A DNA stretch of 64,000 nucleotides, taken from Eledone cirrhosa. Lineage: Eukaryota. The stretch spans positions 19,778,001 through 19,842,000 of the forward strand of contig OZ024755.1 of assembly GCA_964016885.1 (NCBI GenBank). The letters run 5' to 3'. The stretch's first letter is position 1; each line of letters opens with the position of its first letter. Made by a program: the position numbers and the translations under genes. Below the pieces are notes generated by a model. The model saw nothing but the letters and a program-made list of their open reading frames with translations, had not been told where the DNA came from and made no database searches. This document shows, piece after piece, positions 25,620 to 39,238 of the stretch.

Positions 25620-26477
25620 TATATTATCCAATGTATATTTTTTCTTTTATTATAACAGCGTAGGAAAACATTTGAATAAAAATTGTTATTTTGAGTTCGT
25701 CTGACAACTACACAGATACTGTCTGAAAGTTTTATAGTAGAGTTGGGTGGCGTGTAGTACGGCATTGATAAGTGAAACTTTGCAAACAGGCTTCAAATAT
25801 TTGATGAAACTATTTCATTTGTTCTTACTTTATTGGCACATGCATGCTCGCCTAATGGAGGAGGCCAATGGCATTGTGCCGGACCTTCGCCAAATGTCTT
25901 GTATCAGTCGTAAGAAACTCTCAAGGAGAGCAGGACAGCAGAAGCTCGTCAGAGAAGAATCCCCTCTTAAGCAAGTGTTTCGGCCCTTAATTTTTTTGAA
26001 CAACCCTGTAAGTGTTTGGACTCAAAAGATCATGTGGGTGTGCATTTATTATATATTACCTAGAGACAGAATATAGTAACGTTTCTATATTATACGGATT
26101 AGGGTAAAGCAATAAAATAACATTCCCTGTATATATTAAATAAAAATATTCTTTAAAGACTTATAGTCAAAGATTCAAAATGGTTATATATTTAGTAAAC
26201 ATTATTTACATTAAGAAAATATAAATAAATGTAGATAGCAAAATAGCAAAGGTGAAACATTATAAAAAAAAGAGAAACACACACACACATACACACACAC
26301 ACAAAATATACTTTTTTTAAAGATATGTATATGCATTTTCTTTTTAAATAGATATATATTCGACTAACATTATGTACTTTAAAAAGCGGTGTCAAGAGAA
26401 ATTTATCTAGGATTATGATATATTTTCTTAAAGTCCCAGATTCAATATATTTATCGACATTTATATGTAATTTCTTT

Positions 26478-26740
26478 ATATGGCGTAGACATTACAATAC
26501 AACGCGAGGAAACAATAGTACTACTGATGATGTCACAGGTGAGTGATGAAAGAATTTTGATATATATATATATAGACTATATATAGTCTATCTATTTTTA
26601 ACCATTGGTCAATCAATGAGAAACATTGATTGCCATTTAACATTAACTATGGAGATATAAAAGATAGAGAAGCGAAAACCAATCCAAACCAAACAGTGAT
26701 TGTGTTTTATTATTATTTCTGGCAATATGACCTTCCCTAA
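26478..26740 (+). mobile_element. Family K PLE 3' relic K1, hammerhead core at 26524
   Basis: ATGGCGTAGACATTACAATACAA..CTGATGA-T-GTCAC-AGGTGA-GTGAT-GAAAG. 3' end TGGCAATATGACCTTCCC resembles K2 and K4. Confidence 0.7.
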
Positions 26741-26741
26741 A

Positions 26742-27211
26742 TAATTGTTTCTACTTTTGGCACAAGGCCAGCAATTACTCAGTGTATTACTGGTACTTTA
26801 TTTTATCGACCCTGTAAGGATGAAAGGCAAAGTTAACCTCGGCGGGATTTGAACTCAGATTGGCAAGGGCCGTAACTCTACGCGTCAAAGCATGGCATCC
26901 GACCCGCTACCGATACTGCCAATCCATAAATAATTGTTTCTACATTAGGCACAAGGCCAGCAATTACCCAGTGCATTACTGGTACCTTAATTTATCGACC
27001 CCGTAAGGATGAAAGGCAAAGTCAACCTCGGCGGGGATTTGAACTCAGATCGTAAAGGGACGTAACTATGCAGGAAAGCATGGCGTCCGACCCTCTATCG
27101 ATACTGATCCATAAATAATTGTTTCTACTTTAGGCACAAGGCCAACAATTAACCAGTGCATTACTGGTACTTTTATTTTATCGACCCCGTAAGGATGAAA
27201 GGCAAAGTCAA
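26742..27211 (-). mobile_element. Head-to-tail array of three Nin/Deu SINE copies
   Basis: Three cores, each preceded by TAAATAATTGTTTCTAC. Confidence 0.9.
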
Positions 27212-28314
27212 ATGTTTGCTAAATACATCACTTTTAAAACTAGATGTGACATTTATGAATGTTATGGTAATATTTTGTCTTGAACTTTCAGTTTCTAAAA
27301 CTATCTGTGTCATTGTTGGATATATTAATATTCGGTCTTCTGTGTCCCTTCTGTTTTTAAGACGTTAGTGTTTGCTCAGGGAAAAAATTTCACCGCTATT
27401 TCTAACAGATCACTTGATCAGGTGGAGGTGTTCTCATCGCCACCATTAATATAGATATTTTGCTAGTTCATATACGTAAGGGAGTACAATGACTGTAATG
27501 CTATTTTATGATTGAGACTGTCGATAGTTATCATTCCAAATGAAATTAACAAAAAGTCAAAGAAAATAAAAATGCAATCTCTGGATTTAGTGATACTAAT
27601 ATCATAGTCTTAAAAGTATACCCGGAAGCTATATTCCTAACAACACCTCCAATGAAGCAATATGTGACAGTATTACGCACTGAAAAAGTACATACACCTT
27701 CTATCAAAATAACATCGATTTCATTAACGTTAAGCGATTAGGAAATTCGTTTTATCTTGTGGAAAGAGAGCAATTTAAGCGGGAAAAATTAATTTTTGAT
27801 GTAAGAGTGATTCAATTACATACGGAGTAGTTCTGATATGATCAAGACAGTAAGTCTAAGCTATTTTGAGGACAGAAGCATTGCTCATCCTAAGTATTTA
27901 CTTAAATTCAGATATGTATAATACTATGGAATAATAGGTTATATTAAAAAAAATACTGATAAGTTTCATAAATACTGATAAGTTCAAACGTGGTAGAAAT
28001 ATACAAAGGATAAATGATGACAAATAAAACAAAAATAAATATTTTATTCAGAATATTTCAACAATATATTTCAGGGCTAATACCCTCTTTTCAAATGTAA
28101 AGTAGAAACGGTTAAAACAAATAACAAACGATCAATGTGTTCCGCCTTAATTTAACCAGTCTTGTATTGCATATTTCACAATGTTTCGTATTAACTATAC
28201 CTCCTTAGGTTATATTTATCTTACTTCTTTTATCTTGGGTGCAATTAATGATAAATACAATACACATTCAACAAATGTGGTTCTTATGAATCTATTCTGC
28301 CGATTTCGCTCATT

Positions 28315-28367
<53 letters not shown>

Positions 28368-28370
<3 letters not shown>

Positions 28371-28563
28371 GATAAATCTACCAAAAGTTTACGTTAGTGT
28401 CCAATCCGTATGAAGAACTCAATGTAATCCGGATATCATGAAAAGAAGAGATGCATTCAAAAATCACTTTCGGTGAAAGATAAACGGAAAACAGAGTCAA
28501 GATAAATTATTAAAAAAATAATGAAAGGAACTGTTTCTTTGTTTATTCATTATTTTTTTAATA

Positions 28564-28569
<6 letters not shown>
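28368..28569. mobile_element. Family E short fold-back plus tail in (TA)n (relative at 34734-34977)
   Basis: ATAAATTATTAAAAAAATAATGAA inverted across a ~20-bp spacer. ATGAAGAACTCAATGTAATCC is shared with ~34773-34793. Confidence 0.65.
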
Positions 28570-28625
<56 letters not shown>

Positions 28626-28715
28626 ATATTAAATTCTCTATTCCCTTCTACTTATATATATATATATATACAATGATATTAAATTCTCTATTCCCTTCTA
28701 CTTATATATATATAT

Positions 28716-28959
28716 AGTATTAAGGATACTATTTATGGTTATGCAAATACAAAACCCTTTTGTAGTTATATATATTTTTACAAACCCTAAATAGTGATAG
28801 GCAGTAATATATTACTACCTTATTACCAGTAAGTTAAATAGCTCAATGTAATAACATCAGATGTTTTACAGAGCAGTTATATATAAGTTATAAGAATCAA
28901 AGTTCTGTTCAAATCATTTATGATTTGAACAGAACTTTGATTCTTATAACTTATATATA
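28716..28959 (+). mobile_element. Family D element D2 (palindrome 28878-28959 plus long tail); tail relative at 51830-51950 (reverse)
   Basis: Perfect 40-bp arms. Tail matches D1 and the reverse complement of 51830-51950. Confidence 0.8.
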
Positions 28960-28962
28960 TAT

Positions 28963-29120
28963 CAAAGAGGGTGTGCTAAGATACAAGGTGAATCATAACA
29001 CACCAGAGTACTCAATACTTAGGGTAGTAGAGTGGATAATAGGAAAAGAGTCAGGATCTAGTTCGGATCTAGCTGTCGAAACGGCCGGAGCTCAGCTCTT
29101 GGGGTCCTGACTATTTTCAT
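28963..29120 (+). mobile_element. Family B diverged copy
   Basis: GTACTCAATACTTAGGGTAGTAGAGTGG..GTCGAAACGGCCGGAGCTCAGC..GGGGTCCTGAC with short arms GAAAAGAGTCAGGA. Confidence 0.75.
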
Positions 29121-29122
29121 TT

Positions 29123-29165
<43 letters not shown>

Positions 29166-29703
29166 GGTTAAGATTTTAATGATAAACGGTGCAGAATATG
29201 ATGGAAATGTCTGCAGGAAACCTGCAATTCGTTGGCTGTCTCTCTTAACTTTGTTAGCACATAGACACCGCCTAAACATCAAATTAAAATTGGTGATTAA
29301 ATTGCATTCGGAAAGTTGAATCCAAAATAATTGTCTCATTTTGCTTGCAATTCTATACTCAACAAAGAAACGAAAACTATCTCGACGCTAGTTTCATTCA
29401 AAGTTTTCAAGTACAAAGTATTTCTTGGCTATTTTGAGGAAAAACACGAGCAAGGGTGTCCCATTAATTATTTAGAAATAACACTTATCATCTTTATAAA
29501 ACTTTCAAAACTTCTTGTTTCTAGACACTTCATGGGTAATACTGTCATCACAAGAATTTGACTGGTATTTTTATTAAGGACTGCGGAAACATAAGTGAAG
29601 TCTCGGTGAGAATCGAATTAAGAAACAAACAAAATAATAAAACATACATAAACATATGTAAAAGTGACTTTGCTCGCCTCTTCGTCAATTCTGCCAATCT
29701 TTT

Positions 29704-29879
29704 ATAATAATTGTTTCTACTTTAGGCACAAGGCCAGCAATTACCCAGTGCATTACTGGTACTTTATTTTATCGACCCCGTAAGGATGAAAGGCAAAGTC
29801 AACCTCGGCGGGATTTGAACTCAGATCGTAAAGGGACGTAACTATGCTTCAAAGCGTCCGACTCTCTACCGATACTGCC
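29704..29879 (-). mobile_element. Nin/Deu SINE copy
   Basis: Core and tail match the family. Confidence 0.9.
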
Positions 29880-29998
29880 TCTGGAAATAATGCCTGATTA
29901 TATACATCTATATATATACATTATATATACATATACAGAGAGAGAGAGAGAGAGAGAGATAGATAGATAGAGAGAGAGAGAGAAACATACACACACAC

Positions 29999-30054
<56 letters not shown>

Positions 30055-30306
30055 TACACACACAATTTGTTATAATTTATATATGGCTGTTCTCCACTAA
30101 CAGTTATAGTGTTGTAATCTGGCGATTATTATTGAGTCGTGAAAGATGTTCGCTGATTAATGAACACCATGCTGCGTGTATATACGCATATACTGTAGAT
30201 ATAAATACAAATATAAGAATATTTATATATATACATATATAAATATGTATTTTATCTCACCCTCTCACTGTCTCTTCTCTCTCTTTCTCTCTCTCTATAT
30301 ATATAT

Positions 30307-30751
30307 GTAAAAGTTCTATTTAAATTGTTGGGATACAACAAGCAAATATTTTTGTAACTGATATAAAGCACTCAACAAATAAGTGGAGTAAAAATACGAT
30401 ATTAACAAATGGAAACTATATTTATAAAACCATATTTATTTTATTATACATATTTCAAGGACACCAAGTCAAATTATGGTGCGCTTTCATCATATAAAAT
30501 ATAATATAGAGCAGTTTTATAAATAAATATTGACATACCCTTAAAGAATGCAACCATTACTGTTGGAAGCTCCCGGATAGTTCCAACAGTAATGGTTGCA
30601 TTCTTTAAGGGTATGTCAATATTTATTTATAAAACTGCTCTATATTATATTTTATCTGATGAAAGCGCACCATAATTTGACTTGGTGTCCTTGAAATATG
30701 TATAATAAAATAAATATGGTTTTATAAATATAGTTTCCATTTGTTAATATC

Positions 30752-30753
<2 letters not shown>
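30307..30753 (+). mobile_element. Family C fold-back element C3 (arms 30396-30568 and 30581-30753), hammerhead motif 30648-30712
   Basis: 173-bp near-perfect arms, loop GCTCCCGGATAG, nearly identical to C2. Confidence 0.9.
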
Positions 30754-30810
<57 letters not shown>

Positions 30811-31788
30811 GAGGGGGAGAGAGTATGAGGCGAGGTGTCGTTTGTGTGTATATATGTGCGGTAACGGTACAAAGTAAAAGAGAACTATACAATATTTCAT
30901 ATGCGAGTGTGTACATATAGTCAAAGACAACAGTTTAATTAATCACAGAGAATGGCTCATCCGTTCAAAACAACAGTTTCAACCTTTAACAAGTTTCTCT
31001 GGTAGAAATGCTAATCGCTTATATAGTTTCTGGGAAGTTGGCTCAGAGAGCTTTCATTCCTCATCTCTATCAAATTGCATAATTCTGGCAAGAATGTGTA
31101 TTTGAAGAGTTCTGAAAAAAATGCATGATTTACTTTGAGCCCATTTGTCCATGGCGGAGGATGCGTCTCTTCGCGCTTTCACACAACTGCCGTCAACCCC
31201 TTCCTCCAATTCTGATGTATGATTCACTATATCAACATTTCTTATTTAACAACTGCGCAGTTTTTATGTAAAGGACAGTCATCTTTTAGCTTTGAACCCG
31301 AGACCAATAATTTCTAAACAGGCTAGTGCATGTCACGCTGAAAATATTGGGCCAAAAACATATATAATAGCATAGATGTTTGTGCCATGAAAATGAGAGC
31401 ATTTTTATGTATGCCATTTTTGTTTTTACCGATCTCTCGTTCGGTTGGCAATATTAACGAAAACACGCCCATCGATTTACTGTCATACCCTTAACTATGG
31501 AAAAACATTGAAGACATATGTAAATAATTTTATTAACGCATACATTTGTTCTCTTAATACAAATATATGATATTTACTGATAGCGATGAATATCTGTTAA
31601 ATAAGGCGTCATACCAACAGCTTTAGTAACACGCGATACTGCCTCCAAAGTAGGTTAGGTTGAAGTCTGTTATTTAGTCGAATTCATTTGAGGTTTGAGG
31701 GAATAAATTTGTTTCCATAACGACATTAAACACTAGAATAAATGTGTCAATGTGTCTGTTGTTTAGATGAGTATGAAATATTATTAAT

Positions 31789-32207
31789 CGGTGGATTGGC
31801 AGTATCGGTAGAGGGTCGGACGCCATGCTTTGCAGCATAGAGTTACGGCTCTTTATGATCTGAGTTCAAATCCCGCCGAGGTTAACTTTGCCTTTCATCC
31901 TTACGGGGTCGATAAAATAAAGTACCAGTCACGCACTGGGGTCGATTTAATCGACTTCCCCTTCCCCAAAATTGCTGGCCTTGTGCCTATATAAGAAACC
32001 ATTATTAATTGGTGGATTGGCAGTACCGGTAGAGCGTTAGACACCATGCTTTGCAGCATAGAGTTACGGGCCTTTACGATCTGAGTTCAAATCCGGCCAG
32101 CCAAGGTTAACTTTGCCTTTCATCCTTACGGGGGTCGATAAAATAAAGTACCAGTAATGCACTGGTTTAATTGCTGGCCTTGTGCCAAAAGTAGAAAAAA
32201 TTATTAA
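31789..32207 (+). mobile_element. Two tandem full-length Nin/Deu SINEs
   Basis: GGTGGATTGGCAGTA heads near 31790 and 32011, with cores and tails. Confidence 0.9.
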
Positions 32208-32232
32208 TTATTTCAGAGGCCGCAGAAATTTC

Positions 32233-32412
32233 GACTGGGGTATACCAGAAGTGGAGTGTATACCAGACTGGGGTATACCAGAAGTGGAGTGTATACCAGA
32301 CTGGGGTATACCAGAAGTGGAGAGTATACCAGACTGGGGTATACCAGACTGGGGTATACCAGAAGTGGTGTGTATACCAGACTGGGGTATACTGAAAAGG
32401 AGTGTATACCAG
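32233..32412. repeat. 33-bp minisatellite GACTGGGGTATACCAGAAGTGGAGTGTATACCA
   Basis: About 5 units plus one half unit; explains the four overlapping repetitive ORFs. Confidence 0.9.
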
Positions 32413-32870
32413 AACATATTAAAAATGTCAATATTGTGATAATACATTTTCGAGATCTTGGATTAAAGGGATTTGGGGCGCCTGAGATGATATTTATATG
32501 ATATCTACTGATAGCCATGAATATCTACAACACTGTAACGGCTTTCTAAAACGCATCGGCATTTTATTAAATATAACCTATTATTCTATAGTATTATACA
32601 TATACATATTACTCATGCAAATTTAGATAACATTTAGGGTAGTGTTTCTAGATCAGTTTTTATTGAAAACATTGGGATTCATATTGACGAAGTATTGGAG
32701 TTTTGCTTTTTGTTTCCTTAGCAGAGGACAGTCAGATTTAGATGAAACAAATATAGCATAGATTCTAGCATCTTTATTCTCTAATGGGTTGCAGCTCTAA
32801 CGAGTCCCTTTTCTGTGTGAGAAAATATTAGACAATCTGTTATCAATATGTGCCCCAAGGTTCTTGAAAT

Positions 32871-32906
<36 letters not shown>

Positions 32907-32930
32907 GTGTGTGTGTGAGTTGATAGACAT

Positions 32931-32969
<39 letters not shown>

Positions 32970-33779
32970 CAAGATTAACACTCTAATGCAACATCACTTG
33001 CGAAAACATATCAAAGAGACTTCGAATACTGTGTGTGTGTGTGTGTGGTGTGTGGTGTGTGGTGTGTGGTGTGTGTGTGTGTGTGTGTGTATTGCACATA
33101 TTGATTGGAGTTAAACCAAACATGTTCGCAATCATATGAGCAATAATGCCAACTAGTATGAAATATTACAAATATCAGTAAATATAAAGTAAATATAAAA
33201 TATACATCAAAGAAGATAGAGGATAGCTACTTATTATAGGACCATTTATATATACATCAAAATAGAGTACGTATATATACATTAAACGACATGTTTATAT
33301 AAGCTTATATATATATATAAATGTATGTGGATGTGTGTATAGTGTAGCTGATTCAGTGAATTACTGGTAGTGGCTTAAAAAGCATCTTTTCCTTTTTTCC
33401 AGCTCGGAACTTTGCTTTTTCTTTACGAAAGACTAACGCCTGATACGTTGAAAAAATTATCTTCATTTCTAAGCCTAAAACTAATAAGACTTTGATTTTA
33501 CAAAATATTTGACTGGAACATAAATAAATATAGATTTTGAAGATGAAAATAAAACTGACAACTATCATTGAACTGTCCAAGGAAAGATTCGAATCAAACG
33601 CTTAGTGCTCCATTTAAAGTGTTAACTCGTTTTCTAATTGATTTCCTAATGACAGATACCATAATTAATTCTCATGTGTATCAAGGTGACACCTAGATTT
33701 CAGAGCACGTTATGAGTTAAGAGATTCATCTCAGGTGTACGTATATAAATCTACGTGTACATACAGGTGTTGATTCAAT

Positions 33780-34162
33780 TAACAGGTAATACGTAGATAA
33801 ATATACACACGGCTAACAAATGTTGATGAAGCTTACATGTTATGCCATAAATAAAATACATCTATAAACTTTCACACACCGACATGCATTGGGTACTACC
33901 CTGATTTGTGGTCTCCTTGGTCTCGGTAACGCAGACTAAGCACACAACACACACAAACAAGATGGTGTAGGACAGAACAAAGGAGAGACACACAAAAGAA
34001 AAACCTAGTCACTGATGATGTCACAGAATGTGTGACAAAAGAGCTTTGACAACCTTCCGGTTATCGAACCAACCAATCAACCAACCGGAAACTTATAATA
34101 AATTGAAGTGAAAACCAACAGGTGCGTGTGTTTTTATATTGGCAGCATGACCCTCCCAAACT
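33780..34162 (+). mobile_element. Family K PLE 3' relic K2, hammerhead motif 34007-34050
   Basis: GTCA-CTGATGA-T-GTCACA-GAATG-TGTGAC-AAAAG-AGCTT-TGAC (core G mutated). 33891-33947 matches a fragment at 11587-11632. Confidence 0.7.
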
Positions 34163-34243
34163 ATTATATATAATTTAATATAGAAATGGCTTCTACAGGA
34201 CTAAAAGTGTTTCATTCATGAACCCGGGACTTTATATATATAT

Positions 34244-34414
34244 AGTAATAATAATAAATTTGAAGACTAAAATCCAAAGAGGGCTCGATAAGGATAAATA
34301 TATATCAAATATATAAGAACCGTAGAGCAAATATTTATTAAAATAACAGTTTCAGAAAATCCCGTTAAGGGTGAAAGCAGCGATTCTTTGCTTAAACTTT
34401 AATCTGTTATTTTA

Positions 34415-34420
<6 letters not shown>
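34244..34420 (+). mobile_element. Family A element with short left arm
   Basis: Nearly identical tail and right arm to 1257-1480. Confidence 0.85.
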
Positions 34421-34462
<42 letters not shown>

Positions 34463-34467
<5 letters not shown>

Positions 34468-34712
34468 CACACACTAGTGAACAAAGATAGTGAACAAAAA
34501 TAGAAAACAAAAACAAAAACACATACACTCAGACGCGAACACACACACCAGAGATTATACACACACGCAAACGCATGTGCAGAGACACAGACAAGAAGAA
34601 ATAAATAAAGAAATAAAATAAAAATGGCGTAGACATTACAATACAATGGGAGGAAACATAATAGTACCACTGATGATGTTGCAGATGTGCGACGAAAGAA
34701 CTTTGATAGACT
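34463..34712 (+). mobile_element. Family K relic K3, hammerhead core at 34670
   Basis: CTGATGA-T-GTTGCA-GATG-TGCGAC-GAAAG-AACTT; flanked by (TA)n. Confidence 0.7.
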
Positions 34713-35841
34713 ATATATATATATATATATATACACAGAGATATCCACGCTAAGTTGTGGGGTCCAGTCTGCATGAAGAACTCAATGTAATCCATATGTT
34801 GAAAATGTTGAAGATTAAAATAAATCCCGGAAAACAATAAAACATTAAAAGGAAAACAGTCATTATATAAGTTAAAACAATGAAATAAAAATTCAAGTCA
34901 TTAGAAATATACTTCACTGCTTTACGATCGTTTCTAGGTGATTATAATACATCGTAAGCATACTTCGTTATCGATCTATATATATATACAGCTGTAAAGT
35001 TCAAAGGCTGACTCTGAAGGAGTGACGCGAGAGCTGTGAAAACTTGAATGCATTAATGTCAACTCATATTGATAACTGCATTGTTACTTTCCATGAACTA
35101 TATTGAAAAATAAACCACATCTGATCATTCCATGAGAGAATCTTGGTCAGCCTATGAACTTTTCAGCTGACCCTCATGTGAAAATATCTAACAAATCCTT
35201 ATTTGTGGTGATAGCTGAGCTGGGTTTTGTTGTTTAGCTCCAGGCTATCATAAATAAACTGTGATATGTTTATCTCGGAATAAATTATCCAATATGTCCT
35301 TCAATACCGAAGCTAATAGGATGCGACTTGAGGAAACTTAGTTTACATTTCTAACGTGTGAAGTGGTTCCGTAGAAACGCCCTCGTTGCCGTTGTTTAGC
35401 CACAACCCTGCTCTGATTTAGTGGAACATTCATTAAGAAAATTCCAGATATAATTATCTCGTCTTTAACAAATCTGTCTTAGCCAAAATGGCGCTGGGTG
35501 CGACCTCGCAGTCGTTTCGGTGAAAACGTTATCCTTCACATCATATATACCCACTGTCTTAGAAAAGGACACGTATAATATAGTGCTACATGTCATGCAC
35601 AAACGAAAGACAGAATAATAAGTTTGTTCGATGAAAGTCTATCTATGATGGTGGCTCCTAGCGTCTTGCTGCCACCCACGTAAAATCTGAACAAGCTGAA
35701 TTATAATCAAATGCGTCCAGTCATAGCTATTTCATCACTATATATATATAGTCACAGCTATCTCATCACTATATATATATATAGAGAGAGAGAGAGTCAC
35801 AGCTATCTCATCAATATATATATATAGTCACAGCTATCTCA

Positions 35842-35879
<38 letters not shown>

Positions 35880-35885
35880 TATATA

Positions 35886-36037
35886 TAACGAAGGAAATGT
35901 GGTAAGGAACCAGGTGGACCATAACGCACCAAAGTACTCAATACTTAGGGTAGTAGAGTGGGTAATAGGAACGAGTAGTCCAGAATTAGCCGTCGAAACG
36001 GCTTGAGCTCAGCCGTCGGGGTCCTACTCGTTCCTAT
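35886..36037 (+). mobile_element. Family B element (14-bp arms 35965-35978 / 36024-36037)
   Basis: Tail is a near-identical reverse complement of 1614-1692; sits in (TA)n. Confidence 0.85.
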
Positions 36038-36176
36038 ACATATATATATATACATATATATCTATATATATAGTCATACCCATCTCATCAATATATATAT
36101 AGTCATACCCATCTCATCACTATATATATATTCGGCGTATTAGCACAAACTCAATTTGTCTAGTTCGATATACTTA

Positions 36177-36308
<132 letters not shown>

Positions 36309-36505
36309 TATGTAATAAACAACATAAGACAATTATTCCATTTACCAAAGGTTTCACGAAGTCAAACGAGCTCGACACAGACGTCTGTCTTCGGGAAATC
36401 TTTGGTAAATGGAATAATTGTCTTATATTGTTTATTATATAACTAAAAAGCTCTGTAACTTACATAGAACACTCTCCTTTCCTTTACCTTTCCTATGGAA
36501 ACAAT
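36309..36505. mobile_element. Family I fold-back (arms ~36309-36368 / 36382-36441) plus tail
   Basis: ATAAGACAATTATTCCATTTACCAAAG inverted. Minus arm has GAA-ACC-TTT-GGT-A, a possible stem III plus GUA. Confidence 0.7.
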
Positions 36506-36816
36506 ATATATATATATATATTACACATAGGTGAATTACCGATACATATCGAGGGACGACCACACTTAAAAAAGTTATCAATACGTTAGTAGAGAATAGG
36601 CATATTCATTTTATTATAGAGATAACTTTTTACGGGACAAGAACTGTTTCATTCGTAAGAAATCATCACAAATGTGGGTACTAATAAATGTTGAGAGCAA
36701 TCATCAACACAATGTGGAATTTGAAAATATTTGTACTAACAGTGTAAACTCTCCATGCATTACCAGTGTTTCCCTGAAGCGTAAGCACCCTTATCCTAAA
36801 CCCCAAATCTTTAAAG

Positions 36817-37006
36817 CAGTCATGGTCAAACTACGGCCCGCGAACCGCATGCGGCCTGTTTGGCTTTCTGAATGGCACGCCTAATTCCAAAATTGGATTT
36901 TTTAGTAGTGCGGCTCGCCATATGATAAGCCACATCCTATGCGGCCCGCCATATGATAAGCCACATCCTATGCGGCCCACTGATCGACAAAGGCTGCTCA
37001 TGTCTG
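36817..37006. mobile_element. hAT (Charlie-like) MITE
   Basis: Ends CAGTCATG / CATGTCTG, 8-bp TSD CTTTAAAG/CTTTAAAT, subterminal GCGGCCC motifs. Confidence 0.8.
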
Positions 37007-37962
37007 CTTTAAATGCTAGTTTTCAGATCAGACATCCAAGCCGAGACTTCCTCGTTGGTTAATGATATTGTTTTTGTTGTTGTTGGTGGGTGTTGCGTTT
37101 GAAGTAGAGATGTTACTTGTGGTGATAATATTGACAATAATGTCGATTGTAACTATTGTTGAAGCTGAGGAGAATTATAAAGTGATGACAGGATAAGATA
37201 ATGTTAATGATGTAGCTGTTGTTATTGTTTTTTTTTCTGCGCATATGAAACAATGGAGCAAACCAGCTGTGATCATCTGGACCACGTAGAGACATCTCGC
37301 CGGATCATACTAATAGCAGATGATGGTAGTGAAGAATGTGTTGTTTTTTTTTCACAATTTCATTGCATTGCTACTGGAAAACTGGAATTACATAATCCAA
37401 AAAGAGTGATGGAGGAAATAGCCATTGGCTAATCTTTATAGTTAATCAAATACACAAGCTGTTCCAAACTGCAGTATCTTCAGATACATGTATTGACTTT
37501 AAAAATGTTTTTTTGATGAACCAACGAGAGAAGCTGGATGTGATCGATCGACCTAAGATAAATAGCTGCCAAATGTCCCCAACATATTATAATGGTAGGT
37601 AGCCTCGTAAACCCTGATGGAGTCGTAGGGGCACCGTACTCAGATATGGCGTTTCTTCAGTATTTTAAGCGTGCCGGGGCTCATCCCTCTCCAAGCCTAT
37701 ATTATACTATTTAAAAAAAAAAAAAAAAAAGATAGGGTACGCTGGAATGAGGGACCTCTGCGGAGTCGCACGACTTGCTTGAAATATCTGTGACATGGCT
37801 TCAAATCACTGACTACGTCTTGTAAAAATTAAGACATTTTGGATAATATAGATTGGAAAAAGAATGCGAGATGGTCGCCGTTAAAATGACTTTTTCCATA
37901 TAAAGCTTGAAACTAATAAGACTTGTTCTACCTCTGATTGTTGTCTCCTTCAACTATATATA

Positions 37963-38134
37963 TGTTTATCCCGGGTTCAATCAGGGATAACCACAGTAAG
38001 TAAGGCACTCAATAAAAAGCAGAGTATAATTATTTAATATAGAAATGGCTTCTACAGGACTAGAAGTGTTTCATTCGGGAGAAATCTTCAGGGCTTCCTG
38101 ATGTTTCTCCCGAATGAAACAGTTCTAGTCCTGT

Positions 38135-38137
<3 letters not shown>
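37963..38137. mobile_element. Family F fold-back (palindrome 38051-38137) with hammerhead motif; relatives at ~34165-34232 and ~36521-36670
   Basis: Minus arm reads CTGAAGA-TTTC-TCCC-GAAT-GAAAC-ACTTCTA-GTC-CTGTAG. Tail carries GCACTCAAT. Confidence 0.8.
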
Positions 38138-38194
<57 letters not shown>

Positions 38195-39088
38195 GTGCTG
38201 ATATTTCACGGCTGCTGTGGGCTAAAAATAAAAGGCAACAACAGCCAGACCTAAACATTTGTATTGCTGTCATCGTTATTTGACGATGATTGTAATGGCT
38301 GCTTTTTTTTTTACAGCGGAGTGTAATGTAATACATATATATGAGAGGTATAGACGGATAAATGGACTCAGTACATTACTAGTATTTACTTTATTATTTT
38401 GGAAGCATAAAAGTTCTCTGACCCAACCGTGGCGTCATTTGAACTCCGAGTATGGACGGATGGATTAAAATATCATAAGTTTGGTGGTTTCCTGATTTTG
38501 TCAAGTCAATTTCTTGCTGACTAATAACTGACATAAACTAATTGTTAATAGAAATCAATCTTAACTAGTTTTAAGGATGAGGTGTGATTAAATCATTCTC
38601 ACTTTTTATTTTTTTTTAGTGCTATTTTATGGAATCCCGAAGGATGAAAGGCAAAGTTAACCTCCTAGCGGAATGTGAACTCAATATATAGAACCGGGAT
38701 ATATCGAGATAGTGATTTCTAACAGATACGAAACCACGAACAGAAATTGGTGATTAAATATACCGTTTCAAGATTTGAACTGGGAACATGAAAACAAGAC
38801 GACACCAAGATAATATCAATCACTGCAGCAGCAAATATGCTGTTAGTGGTGGTTAGGACGGCATAATATATAGGAAACAATAGTTGCGATATATAATAAC
38901 TAATTCAGTTGTGGTACATAAAATGTGGCGAAATATAGTTTATATATATATAGAGAGAGATATAGATATATATATATATACACACACACACACATAAAAT
39001 TGAGCTAGAATTTTTATATGTATTCAAATACGCTTTCGCTTCGTCTCAATCACAGAAACATTGTTTTTAATATATATATATATATATA

Positions 39089-39176
39089 TCTTGTTCCTAT
39101 TACCCACTCTACTACCCTAAGTATTGAGTACTTTGGTGCGGTATGGTCCACCTGGTTCCTTACCACATTTCCTTCG

Positions 39177-39180
<4 letters not shown>
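39089..39180. mobile_element. Family B tail-only copy in (TA)n
   Basis: CCTATTACCCACTCTACTACC..CATTTCCTTCGTTA, as at 1611-1692. Confidence 0.85.

Positions 39181-39238
<58 letters not shown>

Noticed and set aside
28058-28097. Hammerhead-like TTGAAAAG-AGGG-TATTAG-CCCT-GAAA on the minus strand
   Set aside because: Core has two changes, stem I is unconvincing and there is no second copy.
31000-31330. Possible decayed hAT transposase fragment on the minus strand; also a pogo-like GWF motif near 18950-18990
   Set aside because: Only a few residues resemble motifs and the frames are broken; this needs a TBLASTX search.
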